A DNA stretch of 64,000 nt, from the NCBI RefSeq assembly GCF_006345805.1, contig NC_042997.1:189844001-189908000 (forward strand), in the 5' to 3' direction. Position 1 is the stretch's first letter. The number at the start of each line of letters is the position of its first letter. Position numbers and translations under genes: made by a program. This document shows, one piece after another, positions 1 to 12,755 of this stretch. A model generated the notes under the pieces. It made no database searches. It was not told the DNA's origin and saw only the letters and a program-made list of their open reading frames with translations. This stretch comes from Octopus sinensis (lineage: Eukaryota).

Positions 1-31
1 CATACACACATATATATATAATGTTATTAAT

Positions 32-74
<43 letters not shown>

Positions 75-140
75 ATATATATTATATATATATATATATC
101 TATATATATATGTATGTATGTACATATATGCATATTTACA
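1..140. repeat. (TA)n/(CA)n microsatellite
   Basis: Direct reading of the dinucleotide runs. Confidence 0.95.
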
Positions 141-380
141 TAAAGTTTAAACAAATGCGGTTCATATTTAACCCGTTGTTAAACCTTATCGCTTCAATTA
201 ATTCCATCAGATTTTCAACAGTCATCAAAGACTTTGTATTTCGAAGAAAGAGACCGGCATAGCAGGGAACGGTACTTGAACTGTCAAAGCATTATCGATC
301 CGTTGTTTTTGAAAACCCGGACAAAAATATGTACTACCGCTTTTCGAAGACGCCAGAAGAATTTTCAAAAAGACACAATC

Positions 381-474
381 GTATATATGTATGTATACAC
401 ACACATACACACATATATATATATATATGTACATATATATGTATATATATATATATATATGTATATGTATATAT

Positions 475-530
<56 letters not shown>

Positions 531-615
531 GTATGTATGTACGTACGTACGTATGTATGTATGTACGTATATATGTATGTATGTATGCATGTATGCATGC
601 ATGAATGCATGTAAG

Positions 616-670
<55 letters not shown>

Positions 671-672
671 AT

Positions 673-745
<73 letters not shown>

Positions 746-790
746 TATATATATATATATATGTACATATATATGTATATATATGCATAC
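381..790. repeat. Compound (TA)n/(TATG)n microsatellite
   Basis: Direct reading; it accounts for the YIYIYI ORFs at 225-840. Confidence 0.95.
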
Positions 791-1145
791 AAGGCATACA
801 TGCATATGCACAATATTCTTTGTGAACCGTTTGAATACAAGAAATATGTCGGTTATAGTCTTGATCGTTTCAAACCAAGAATTCCATATTTTTTGAAGTA
901 GTATCAAATTATGTAGAATTTATAGCAAAACGGCCAGTTTCATATCAATAGAAAAATTGTTCATGCATGTATAAGATAGTTTCAAGCTTCATAAATATAA
1001 TTTATATTATTCCTAGGACTGAATTTACCGATTCTGTTTAGGTTAGATAAATATCGACGTTTGCGTCTGCTTTTCTTTTGATATGATTCCCTGCTTCCAA
1101 GTATGTTTACGTTGGACTACCTATCTTCACCAGAGTACGTCTATA

Positions 1146-1241
<96 letters not shown>

Positions 1242-1374
1242 TGAGAGTTACTGGTGACTATAAGACCCAAAGAGTGGCGGGTAATGCGAAGTAAGTGCTA
1301 TGGACAGACCGTAGTTAAACCCTCGGTTCGATTGTGATACGAGAGAAGAGTCTAATGTGGGTCTTGTATAAGTA

Positions 1375-1410
<36 letters not shown>

Positions 1411-1439
1411 CTAGACAAAACGAAATAGCAAAGCCAAGA

Positions 1440-1800
1440 CCATGAGGAGTTTTCAAGACATTTATAAGGAAATAGCCTTACACCTGTTTCTGGAATATTA
1501 TGGATATCCCTTCATGAGAGACGTTGTGAAATGGTTGAATAAAGGAAATATTTGTGTTGGGATTATTATGGAGAAGGAGTAGATAGAGAATATACAGGGA
1601 AAGAAGAGAATGGGAGTAGAAATAAGATATATAAAAATATTGTAGTTATTCGAGGAAAGTGATGTATAAAAGTAGTAAAACTGTTTCCTGTACTTGGTAT
1701 GTAAGTTCCAATAGTTGTTCATGTTTAGTCATTTGAAAATATGGAGCCTTAGATTTTGTGTTGCTCATTCGAAAGGGTTTCGTGGTGTGAATGAAAATTT
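1440..1800 (-). mobile_element. Decayed Penelope-like RT C-terminal fragment
   Basis: Minus-strand pieces 'KAPYFQ' and 'FTTSLMKGYP..SRNRCKA' resemble the PLE 'SIPYSQ' and 'F..RGYP' motifs; frameshifted and stop-containing. Confidence 0.35.
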
Positions 1801-2062
1801 GAGAATGTACTGGTAGTATTTGTGGATAGATAGTGGGAGTAGAGATGTGTGTGATTAGAATGAGGAGACAGGTCAAATTAAAAACATGAAGAGAAAATGA
1901 GAGGAAGAAAGAGAGACAAACAAAAAGTGAAAATAGTGAAAAAATGAAGAAAGGGTGAAAGAAGTGAGAAAAGGAGTGTAGTTGGTGGTCAAGATAATGT
2001 GATGGGAGGATGGGAGAGGAGTGGGGGAATGAATGGGAAGAGATGAGAAGGTAAGAAGTAAA

Positions 2063-2195
2063 CATTTTTCATTCTCTCCGTTTTTTTTCCGTTCTCTCTT
2101 TTACCCTCTCATTCCTTTCTGTCGAAGAGCGTTAAAATAATACACCTGCTTGTTGTCCCTCACCTGCCTTCGTGTTTTGTTTTCTGTAAATTTGA

Positions 2196-2200
<5 letters not shown>
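2063..2200 (+). mobile_element. Penelope-terminus-like repeat, internally deleted copy
   Basis: Shares 'cctttctgtcgaagagcgt' and the downstream 'taatacacctg..ttgtccctcacctg' with copies at 15.6, 29.0 and 63.0 kb; followed by (TA)n. Confidence 0.55.
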
Positions 2201-2279
<79 letters not shown>

Positions 2280-2834
2280 GGTATATATGTATGCATGCGT
2301 GTGTTTGTATGTTGTATAAATTGGTGAAATGAGCTAGCGATACTAGCTTGTTGTCTGCGTTCCTAATTCAAATCCTAGGTTGGTAAATTTTACTCTTTCA
2401 GAGTAGAGGGGGAAATTGGTAGAACTCACACAAAGTTGTGAAGGACATCTGGTTAGGATCATTGCTTTCTGCCAGTGACGCCTGCTACGATATTAGGATC
2501 AATCTGGTTTCGCCCAATTCGGAGACCTTTCCCTTAGGTAAAAAAAACAAACTGTCTTGGCGAGGAGTCGTATCTATGCATGGACACCTTCCAGTCTTTC
2601 TGAACGATATTGTTCAGGCTTGCGCATACATATGCAAAAGGCGTGGTGAACCTCGAATCATAGAGGCTCTTCAATATGTATGTTGTCTATTTTTATGTTT
2701 ATAGAAAGATAAAGATTACTGAATCGTTGATATATTAAATGTCCTCACGATATCGTTATCGATACTTGAATTTCTAATCGTCCTCTCAGGCTTTTAGCAA
2801 ATAAATATTATGAGAAATTATTAGATTGCTTCCG

Positions 2835-3090
2835 TTACAACAAAAGTGTGCTTTTACTGTTTACAAGGCAAGATGTATCAGCAAAAATATAGAATGGCAA
2901 TGAGTTCTCACATAGCGACAACGTTTGAAAACTTACACAGTGGAAAACAAAATGGTACCTAAGCGTGTGTATATGATGTACACCAAAAGTGTCGGTGATA
3001 TACGCAGGGGGAACTTTGGGAATAGTCAGTATACAGAGGAAAGGCTGAGACAACAAGCCTGAACTAAAATTCAACATCCGAAACACGAAC
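2835..3090 (+). mobile_element. Decayed Penelope-like RT core fragment
   Basis: 'CFYCLQGKMYQQKYRMAMSSHIATTFENL' resembles PLE 'FNG..YQQ..G.AMGS.IA...ANL'; a degenerate 'YTKSVGDI' follows where YVDD is expected. Confidence 0.5.
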
Positions 3091-3129
3091 AGTAAACACA
3101 TAGCGCTTTATTTTAATTTAATTTTTTTA

Positions 3130-3435
3130 TGCGCCCTTTTCAAGCCTAGTCAGGCTCATGGGCCCGGTTTCCCGGTTTCTATGGCGTATGTGTTCCCCCC
3201 AGCTGGACGGGACGCCAGTCCATCGCAGCATTACTCAAGAAACAGGAAGAAAGAGTGTGAGAAAGTTGGGGCGAAAGAGTACAACACAGGTCTCCACCAA
3301 CCCCTATCAGAGCCTCGTGGAGCTTTAGTTGTTTTCGCTCAATAAACACACACACAACGCCCGGTCTGGGAATCGAAACCGTGATCCTCCGACAGCGAGT
3401 CCGCTGACCTAACCACTGGGCCATTGCGCCTCCAC
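3130..3435 (-). mobile_element. tRNA-derived SINE group A (head A1 + tail X)
   Basis: Minus-strand head 'gtggaggcgcaatggcccagtggttagg...ggtttcgattcccagaccgg' with A/B-box-like motifs; multiple copies in the window. Confidence 0.9.
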
Positions 3436-3685
3436 TGCGTCCTTTTAAAGCCTAGCCAGGATCATGGGTTTTCGGTTTCCCGGATTCAATGGTGTACGTG
3501 TTCCCCACCTGGACGGGACGCCAGTCTATCGCAGCGTTACTCATTTTTGCCAGCTGAGTGGACTGGAGCAACGTAAAATGAAGTGTTTTCCTCAAGAACA
3601 CAACGCGTCGCCCGGTCCAGGAATCGAAACCACAATCTTACGATCATGATGCTGACACCCTAACCACTAAGCCACGCGTCTGCAC
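3436..3685 (-). mobile_element. tRNA-derived SINE group A (head A2, CORE-like segment, tail X)
   Basis: Different head 'gtgcagacgcgtggcttagtggttagg' and segment 'gttgtgttcttgaggaaaacacttcattttacgttgctccag'; same tail as 3130-3435. Confidence 0.85.
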
Positions 3686-3974
3686 ATAACCATAGCTCTT
3701 AACAATACAATAATTCCATTTCTAGACAAACATTTTGATATAAAAATATCACCATGAACTAAACTCTGGATAATATACTACACATAAATACTAAATTAAA
3801 AACTTTCGTATGTTACCAATAGTTAATCACAAGTCTGTAAGCCTGCCAGTGAACTATTAATGACTAATGTAATTTAGGAATTTGATTGCAAAGGTGAAGG
3901 TTGGAAACCTTCACAACTTTAACAATTATATTTGTTCACACAAGTGCAACATTTTTTCTCCGGCTCACTATAAA

Positions 3975-4367
3975 TCTCTCTCTATATATAAAGCTGAAGT
4001 TGTCTGTGTATGGCAGGTTTGGTAGCCTTCAACTAACACTATCTCCTCCGAGACCCTGCGGCGCAAGTTGACCAAAATTGAAAGTATGATAGAAGAAGGC
4101 TTGCTCTTCCTTCCGTAAAAGAAAAAATTCAAATCGGACCATGTTAACAACAAAAATTATTTACATCAAAAAGGTGCTTTTTTTCTATGAAAATTCTTAT
4201 TTTTTACGATTTTTTGACTGCTGTGTCGCCATTTTCGGTGTATTTCAACCAGAAAAATGTTCACTTAAAGAGAATAACAAGCTACATAATGCAAAAGTTT
4301 TACTTTTCAAAAATTCCAATTCTAAAGGGTCAAAACAAGCCCGAGCAACGCCGGGCGATACTGCTAG
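3975..4367 (+). mobile_element. Non-autonomous Helitron
   Basis: A|TC 5' end; subterminal hairpin cccg-agcaacgc-cggg; CTAG|T 3' end; no TSD. Confidence 0.8.
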
Positions 4368-5689
4368 TCTATAATAAATAGCAATTTTGATGCACTACAT
4401 GATGCAACACAAAACATTTCAACATCATTTCATCCAAAAGGTGAGCTTAGGAAAATCTGAATATGTTGATGACTGATTTTGGGAAATTTTATTGATAAAA
4501 AAAAGCACTCGCCCCTCAAAAAAACATGCCTTGTACGAACTCTTGTTAAAATATGAAGAAACCTTGATAAAAATGTGCATTCGTGTTTTCAACATATATC
4601 TCACGCCGACATATTGTCGCAACTGTTTCCCCATTAATATTGATATTTATCCTAATATCTTTTATTGCACAACCATGTATATGTTAGGATATGATTGCGT
4701 GCATGTGTGTGTTTGTGTATGTGTATGTGTGCACGTATCTGTGTGTGTGTAAGGGAGTGTGTGTGTGAATATGTATGTGAGCTTTCGTGTATTCGTTGTT
4801 TTGTCTGTTAAACCTACTTTGACAATGTAATATGTAACATATGTATAATTTGCAGATTGAGTCGCTGGGGTTCTATTGAAAAATTGACATCATTTATGTA
4901 ACTCGGAGGCAGCGAGATTTAAGACAAGGAGCCATCAAAAAGAAAAAAAAAAACCAACTTTTTATATTGTACTTTTACTATTCGTAGAAATATATTGCCT
5001 CGTGCTGCGATGAAGAATTTCTACGTAGGCTACATTCTTAAGGCTTTGTACTCATCACCAACTACTGCCCTTTCAATTGGTAGTCCGGAATGTTATTGAC
5101 TCAGCTATCTGTCGTTCTCATACTAATTATAAGAACCTATATGACACGTATATATCAAAGTTTAATACATTAACTAACCAATATCTATGATAATATAAGC
5201 CGACAGGTGAGCCGTATATTTTCTAATTATGAAGTATAATTATTGACTAGTGTATATTTGTAAAGATTATTATTGGGAGTGAAATTATAAACATGCAATA
5301 TTTATATTGAAAATAAACATAAAAAATATCATATTAAATTCATTAAGAAAAATGTAAAACATATTTCCAAGTAAATAACATATAATATATTATTGATGTC
5401 TGTCTTCAGTACAAGGTCACGTGTTTCCATGGGATTTGGTACATTCAAATAGATCGATTTCAGTTCGTTACTTGCACTTCAATTTGAAATCAGAACAGAA
5501 AAGAACCATAGGCATCATTGATATCAGAGACATCATTGCCACCATACTGCTGACTATTACTTTTATAAACGAAGATATTGTACTAAGAACGAAGGATAAA
5601 TACGACTCAATAAGATAACGAGATAATTCTCTTGAAGTTTCGCTGTATTTCATAACAACCAGGCTATCGGTTGTTGTTATACATCGCTA

Positions 5690-5815
5690 GTAACAATGAG
5701 CTTTCACTTCTTTTTTGATTGTGCCATTCTTTTCTACCTTTGCCCAAATCGTTTAACTAAATCGTCTTCCCATAGTCTTGGAGGCATTTCGAGTAGCTTT
5801 TTTCGATTTCTTGTA
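5690..5815 (-). mobile_element. Decayed RTE-clade LINE ORF2 C-terminal fragment
   Basis: 'YTRNRKKLLEMPPRLWEDDLVKRFGQR*KRMAQ' matches the RTE 'W.P...KR..GRPP.RW.DD....W...AQ.R' pattern; continues to ~6030 beyond the inserted SINE. Confidence 0.6.
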
Positions 5816-5819
5816 TACC

Positions 5820-6020
5820 CATTTCTTTATTACCCACAAGGGGCTAAACACAGAGGGGACAAACAAGGACAGACATAGGTATTAAGTCGATTACATCGAC
5901 CCCAGTGCGTAACTGGTACTTAATTTATCGACCCCGAAAGGATGAAAAAGTCGACCTCGGCGGAATTTGAACTCACAACGTAACGACAGACAAAATACCG
6001 CTAAGCATTTCGCTCGCCGC
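5820..6020 (-). mobile_element. SINE group B (Meta-domain-like)
   Basis: Contains 'gtcgac.......tcatcctttcggggtcgataaattaagtacc' on the minus strand; TSD tttcttgtatacc on both sides. Confidence 0.9.
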
Positions 6021-6035
6021 TTTCTTGTATACCAC

Positions 6036-7100
6036 TTGGCCATTGCACGGGTCCAATTTTTGCTAAGGGTAAGTTACTTGAGGCTGTTGATTCTTTCATC
6101 TACCTGGGAAGCTCTACAGATGGAAATCTGGACACTAATATATATATGCGAATTCAAAAGGCAACACAAGCATTTGGTGGTTTTGAGTCACGCGTTCAGA
6201 GCCAACGGCTTATAAATAACAATACAAAATTGGCTCATTACAAATCTTTACCATCCATGTTGTATTCTTCTGAAACATGGACATGTTATGAAAGACATTT
6301 CAAATTGTTAGAAGTATTCTACCAAAAATGCCTTCATCGCATTTTAAACATTAAATTGACTTCTGCAGACATCACCTCAGTTAAAGCAAGGATTCTGAAA
6401 AACCAAATGAGATGATGTGGCCATATTGTTCCAATGGCAGATGAACGCACACCCAAACAGTTGATTTATGTTGACATTGCAGAGGGGAAACGCTATCGAT
6501 GCAAACCTAAAAAAAAGGTTTAAGGACGGCATAAGGACTACAATAAAGTCACTTGGGATGAATCCAGAGGATATAGAAACCCTTGCTTCGGATCGAGCTG
6601 GATGACGAACAAAAATGTAGAGTGAAAGCGTTTGAAGAGGCCAGGATAATGCATGCAAGATTCAAGAGAAATTTAAAGAATTTAAAGAATTTAAAAAAGA
6701 ATGTGACGATCGAGAAGGCGAATGACTGACCTTTTTGCGTGTAAAAGTTTGTGACAAGCCATGCCTTTCTTTTGCTGGGCTCAAGACTCATTTGCGAACT
6801 CATGGAAAACGAACCGCCACCAACTATTCTGCCTATATGTATGTGCACACCTTTCAATGCAATGTATACCAAAGGGTGTGCAAATCTAACGGAGGCCTCA
6901 AAAGACATTTTAAGAACCACAAAAATCAGAGCTTCAGAGCATAAATGAAGCTTCGGGTGGTCCAAATCGGATATGCGATCTACGTGGGTGTGTTTTCAAA
7001 AGTGTGTCTGGTTTAAAAAGCCACATCAGATGCCGTGATGGTTCTAAGGTGTAGGTACAAGAGGTGGTCAGACTCTGCATATGGAGTTGACAACCACCAT
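6036..7100 (+). mobile_element. 5'-truncated decayed RTE/BovB-like LINE (RT C-terminus + zinc fingers)
   Basis: 'LEAVDSFIYLGS', 'MRIQKATQAFG', 'MLYSSETWTCY', 'W.GHIVPMADERTPKQL', 'LASDRAGW', then C2H2-like fingers; several stops and frameshifts. Confidence 0.9.
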
Positions 7101-7104
7101 AGAT

Positions 7105-7262
7105 TTATATATATATCTACGACGACGGGCTTCTTTCAGTTTACGTCTACTAAATCCTCTCATAAAGCTTTGTTCGGCCCGAGGCTATATTTGAAGACAC
7201 TTGCCCAAGGTGCTGCTCAGTGAAACTGAACCCGGAACCATGTAGTTGGGAAGCAAGCTTGT
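7105..7262 (-). mobile_element. SINE group C, 5' part
   Basis: Reverse complement of 'ggttccgggttcagt..cac...caccttgggcaagtgtcttc...gcctcgggccga.caaagc'. Confidence 0.8.
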
Positions 7263-9166
7263 TGTTGTTATTATTATTAGTTTTGTTTCTCTGTCAAAGA
7301 CCTTACTTTGAGAAAGACAAAATGGACTGATCAAAAATAAGATAAAGAGATCGCTGAAGAGGTCACAGAATGTGTGACGAAAGAGCTTTGACAAAGAGAC
7401 AAAAGCAGAAATAATAATAATAAAGCTGAAATAAAGACCAAACATATGTACTGTGTGTGTGTTTAATTGGCAGAGTATGACAATCCCTAAATATAACAAT
7501 ATAATATATTATAGTTTTCTATAAAATTATTGTCACCTGTTTATACCTATCCCTTTCTATAATTTAAAAAAAAAACTTTATCCGGTCATACAAAATAGTT
7601 GTGTCTGCGTCTCGCTTTTATAACAGGTGAGATTAATTTTCAAGAAAGAAACAAAGAATGAATGAGAGTGATAAAAAGACAGAGAAACAGGTATATATAT
7701 AGAGAAAGATAAAGAGAGGTACAACATGTCTGTTTTTCGGTTGTGTCAATCTGTATCGCTCCCACTCTGTTTTCTCTTTCTATAGCCACCAATCGGCAGC
7801 TGCATATCTCCTTTCTTATTGTTCACTGTCAATATGCTTGTTGCATTGTCGCTCTTTCTCTCCATCTCCCTCATTGTTTTTGTTACGTTCTATACTACCG
7901 TCATTTACCTATCATCCACACTCCTTTCTCTTTAATAATCTTTTATTATTTTTTTTTTGTTTCTGTGCGCCCGCTCACACATGAGCTCATGACATATACA
8001 CACATCCGATTTTATAACATATGATACCATAACGAATCCTAAATGTTAGCGGATAATGTAATAACCATTAACTTACTTTTTTAATTGTGTGATAAATGTT
8101 TTTCCTCTGAAACTTTTTTTTTTGTTTCTAAATTTAAAAGCATAAATGCTTTAAAACTTAAAAGGACACACTCATAAAAGAAGTTGTCTCATCATTACAC
8201 ACGTTGGTTTCATCACGTTTTTATATGTGAATAACGCACCATACTTCACACTCTAACAGCCAGATTATTTCTATAGATTTTATCGAGGGCTATCGAATGG
8301 CAATGAGAATTTGAAAAAAGAAAAAAAAATATAAGTAAAAAACAAAATAAAACAGAGAATACTTTTCATATGATTTGAAGCAACTTGTAAAAAAAAATAT
8401 TTGCTACTCACATGATTCTATCATTATTCCTTAAAAATAGATCGTATAAGGTCAAATAACTGAATATCCAAGGAAGTTTTATAATCTACCACACCTCAAA
8501 CAACACACACACACACACACAACAAAAGCATCTAGAACCAAACATACTCACACATATTCAGACAGAAGACACTGAAGTAGTTATTATATAAACAATATTT
8601 AACATTGTGTTTGCGCAATTAAATCACCATGCTTCTCCACAAACAAAAATATATATGTTGAGATTCTGTTTGCTTACATCAAATCGCCATATTGCTAACG
8701 GTGACCCAAATATTGCTTAAATGTTATCTAAAGCTATCATCTGGTACATAATAATTTCAATCGAAATATAGTGAAATCTCTTCTAAGGTAAAGTCTATAT
8801 ACGTTTTAACATTATAAATCCGGATTTAGAATATAATAATACCATATATATATATGTATATATCTATGTATGTATGTATGTATGTATGTATGTATGTATG
8901 TATGTATGTATGTATGCATACATGCATCTTTGAGACGGTTGGTCAAAATATATTCTTCATATTTATAAATGTAACAAATAGTATATTTAGAAATATCTGA
9001 AATAACGTAAATATATATACACAAACAAATATACACACATATGTTTATTATGCTAAAAATTGACAACCTCCTTTGAGTTTCGCTCCAGTTTGCGGGGGTG
9101 GGGTTGCAATTGATGAGAACAGAGCTGTCCGAAGAGAAACTCAGAGGAGACAGTCAAATTTTGATA

Positions 9167-9235
<69 letters not shown>

Positions 9236-9237
<2 letters not shown>

Positions 9238-10437
9238 TGCGATAGGTAAATTGTCGCCACATTATAGTTTTAATATCACGCATGCGCAGTGTTTGCTTTT
9301 GATTTTGTCGACTACACGCTACCAAAATACCACCATGACGTAATTCACTCTGTCAGAGATTTGGAAACAATATGCCATACTGCTGGGCATTCGTGCCGGA
9401 AGCTCCAATACGAATATTTCAGAGTGTATGGATATCAATCTGAGGACAGTGCAGAGGATTCGGAAAGAGTTTGATGAGTCTAATGGTGATTACGAAGGTA
9501 GGGCAGCTCGGAAAACTAACTCTAGTCGTTCTGATAAGAAAAGAACTCCTGAATTTGTTGGTGAGATCCAGGCCATGATTGACAAGTCAATCAGGTCCAT
9601 TGCCAGGGACATGGAAGTGTTTGAGTTTTTTTATCAGGCAGGTAGTGCATGAAGACATTTGCTAGTCCTCATACAAGGTGAGAAAGGGCCAATTTTTATC
9701 CTAAGCCATCAAGGACAAGAGGGAAGACCGCGTTACGAAGCTTTTGAACAAACCCAAGCATCCCCTCCAACCGAACATGCTTTGGTTTTTCTCAGAGGAG
9801 AACAATTTCTGGCAGAATCAGATGGGGAACACACAGGACAACCGTTGGCTTGCCGTGACAGCGACGTGATAGCGATGTTATGCCGAGTGATAACGACGTT
9901 ATTCCTCCATTCATCTTCCCATAAGGCCTCAGACTCAAGATGGAGGTCTACACCAAGTGCCTGGAGGAGGTAGTGCTGCCCTGGGTCAAGAGAGTGGCTG
10001 CTGGAAGACCCTATGTCTGGCAACAGGAGTCTGCACCATGCCACACAAACAGGAGACACAGTCATGGCTGTCAGAAAATTTCTGTGACCACATCACCCCA
10101 GACATTTGGCCACCTAACTCCCCAGACTGATTATTATATGTGGGGCGCAGTTGAGTAAGAGATAAACAAAACTGCTTGTAACGCCAAAGATGAACTGAAG
10201 GCAAGGATTATGGCAGCTTTCACCATCTTAATCAAAAGGACCATCCAGAAGAGTTGCAGGAGATTCCAAAGTTATGTGGAGGCCATGGTTGAAGTGAATG
10301 GCGATTTTATTGAATAAATTTACTCTTTAGTATTTCAAGATTTTTTAATGTAATTTTGGTAAATATATCTGTTAAAATGAGATGTTAGTGTGATTTTCAT
10401 GTTGGCCTAATCTAAACGACAGTTTATTCACCACACC
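9236..10437 (+). mobile_element. Dead Tc1/mariner-superfamily transposon, DD37D/maT-like
   Basis: Across frames: 'MDINLRTVQRIRK', 'KSIRSIARDM', 'MLWFFSEENNF', 'YVWQQESAPCHT', 'DYYMWGAVE', 'RRFQSYVEAMVEVNGDFIE*' (stop 10315-10317). Imperfect TIRs ggtgcgataggtaaattgtcg / cgacagtttattcaccacacc; TA-rich flanks. Confidence 0.85.
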
Positions 10438-10469
10438 TTGGATATATATATATATATATATATATATAC

Positions 10470-10655
10470 ACTTCATAAAAATAGGGTAAAGTAAAATAAT
10501 TTACTTTACCACACACCGAGCTTTTTAGAAATAGCAGCCAAAAATTTGGCTATTTCTTCTACTGCAAGAAAAAGTTTCCCAGACAATGCATACTCAGAAA
10601 TAACTCACATAGGTATAAGGGAAAAACAACGAAAGATCACATCCATATTGACTAT
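10470..10655 (-). repeat. Fragment of the family duplicated at 56293-57392
   Basis: Reverse-complement match to 'cacataggtataagggaaaaacaa..aaagatcacatccatat' and the ggtaaagt..actttacc hairpin; (TA)n on both sides. Confidence 0.8.
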
Positions 10656-10689
10656 ATATATATATATATATATATATACTCTCTCTCTC

Positions 10690-11175
10690 TCTTTTACTCT
10701 TTTACTTATTTCAGTCATTTGACTGCGGCCACGCTGGAGCACCGCCTATATATATATTTATCTTTCACCTTTTACCTCTTTCAGTCATTAGACAGCTGCC
10801 ATGCTAGTATATTGTCTTGAAACATTTTTGTCGAACATATCACCCCGATATTTAATTTTCCAAAGTCCTGTATTTATTCTATTGGTCTGTTAGGCAGGGC
10901 CGTTGAGTTACGAGGACGTAAATACACCAACATCCGTTGTCAAGTAGAGATAGAAGACAAACTTAGACACAAAGGCACATACGTACACAAGCAAATACAC
11001 AGACACATACACACACATAATGCGAAGGTCTTCTTTTAGTTTCTGTTCAACAAATCTACTCACAAGACTTTAGTTAGTCTAAGGTTATAGTACAAAAACA
11101 TTTGCCATAAGAACCACGGAGTGAGACTGAACGTAGAACCATGTTATTGGGAAACAAACTTTTTACCACACAGCA
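10690..11175 (-). mobile_element. SINE group C, diverged
   Basis: Tail 'ttttactcttttactt..ttcagtcatttgactgcggcca.gctggagcaccgcc' and diverged head near 11100-11170. Confidence 0.7.
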
Positions 11176-12755
11176 TCTATGTATGTATGTATGTATGTAT
11201 GTATGTATGTATGTATGTATGTATGTATGTATGTATGTATCTATCTATCTATCTATCTGTCTATATGCACACACACACACACACACGCATATATATAAAA
11301 ACATATATATATACATGTATATGTCTGTATATATACATATACATACATAAATACACACAGACACTCTCACACACACTCATATATATATAGTATATATAAA
11401 TCACAGTATGTTTGTGTATAATGACTAACGCATATATTTCCACAATTCTCAACCGACTCTCACCAAACTTTACATACACATTACTCATGTCCCATGGATG
11501 GTCATGCACTAAACATTTGGTCCAGAACTCGCGTAAATGGACCTAAATGGACATAGGATTTTGTATATAATATCCATACTTTTTAAATCTTTTTATAATA
11601 GTGAATTTGTCTATTTATTTCGACTGTCCACCTGCCACGGTGATTAAATTGACTAACTAGGAACACGATGAATATCCAATGCCAAACAATCTTAATTTCC
11701 ATATTTAAACGGCATTAAAGTTTGGCAAGCTTACCTTTATCTGTTCTGAGTTACCTATTCTGAGTTCCCTCCTCTCACTTCTACTTGTTGATACCATTGT
11801 TTAGCTACCAATACGTTGTTTCACTTTAAGGATGTTTATTTACCCATCCATTATGATATTTTGACTGTTGTCCATTGTTTCAAATACGTTTTAGCATTGT
11901 CGTTCTAGCCAATTTTAAGCAATCACATGTGATTCGTCCCAAAGAATCAACCTTTAAATAAGAGTTTTGCTTCCACTAGCGAAAGCTCTACGTATCTTTC
12001 AGAAAGCTCCATACTACTTTAACTTTATGTATCATTCGCTTTTAATTTATGCGCAGGCTATGTGGGAAGACTGAATAAAGGGGTTTTTGTTAGCTTAGCT
12101 CACCTTAACCGTAGCTCCCTTTGCTATTGAAAAAAATAAACTCGCAGGGGGGAAGTTTCAACGTATTCCTTCAATTTCTTTACACCATTTATGTGGCTGT
12201 TTCTGACAAATTTCGCTTTCATGTAAAACAACTATATTTTGTTTTCATTATCTCTTATTATAAAAGGCAGATTTTATCTGCCTCCCTTTCGGAGTTATAC
12301 AAATCTACAATATAGGATTTCTTCAATTACAATTTACCTAGCATTTTTAAGAGTACAATGCATCGCGTCATGCCAGGTCCAGTTTTTAAAATTTAAACTC
12401 CAATTAAGCAAAATTTACAGAAAACTCACATTCTGGTGTGTGTGTCAAATGCTTTTCTTAGTCTGGTTTACACCACACGCAAACGCACACACACAGTGAG
12501 CAACGAATAAAATGAAAGTAATTCACTTACTGTAGTGAGTGATTCTTTCACTCTGCCTCCCACTTCCTCTTTCCACACATAGACACGCAAATATATAAAT
12601 AAAATTGTAAGCTAACGTGCGTGTGTGTGAGTGAGTGTGTGTGCGTGTGTGTGTGTGTGAGGGTGCGTGTGTGTGTGTGTGTGTGCGTGTGCGTGAGTGT
12701 GTGACAGGAAAGTTTTTTACGACGAATATAAGACCTATATCCAAGCAGCAGAAAG

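Noticed and set aside
211-380. Possible exon (ttccatcag acceptor, open frame to gtatat)
   Set aside because: No recognisable protein, a weak donor created by the microsatellite, and no partner exon.
225-840. Long ORFs such as [20 protein letters not shown] here and throughout the window
   Set aside because: They are translations of stop-free microsatellites.
2757-2764. Isolated TATCGATA (DRE-like) site
   Set aside because: About two or three are expected by chance in 64 kb of this composition.
5650-6040. Divergent RTE fragments as a twin-priming inversion
   Set aside because: The two fragments encode clearly different C-terminal sequences, so they are different families.
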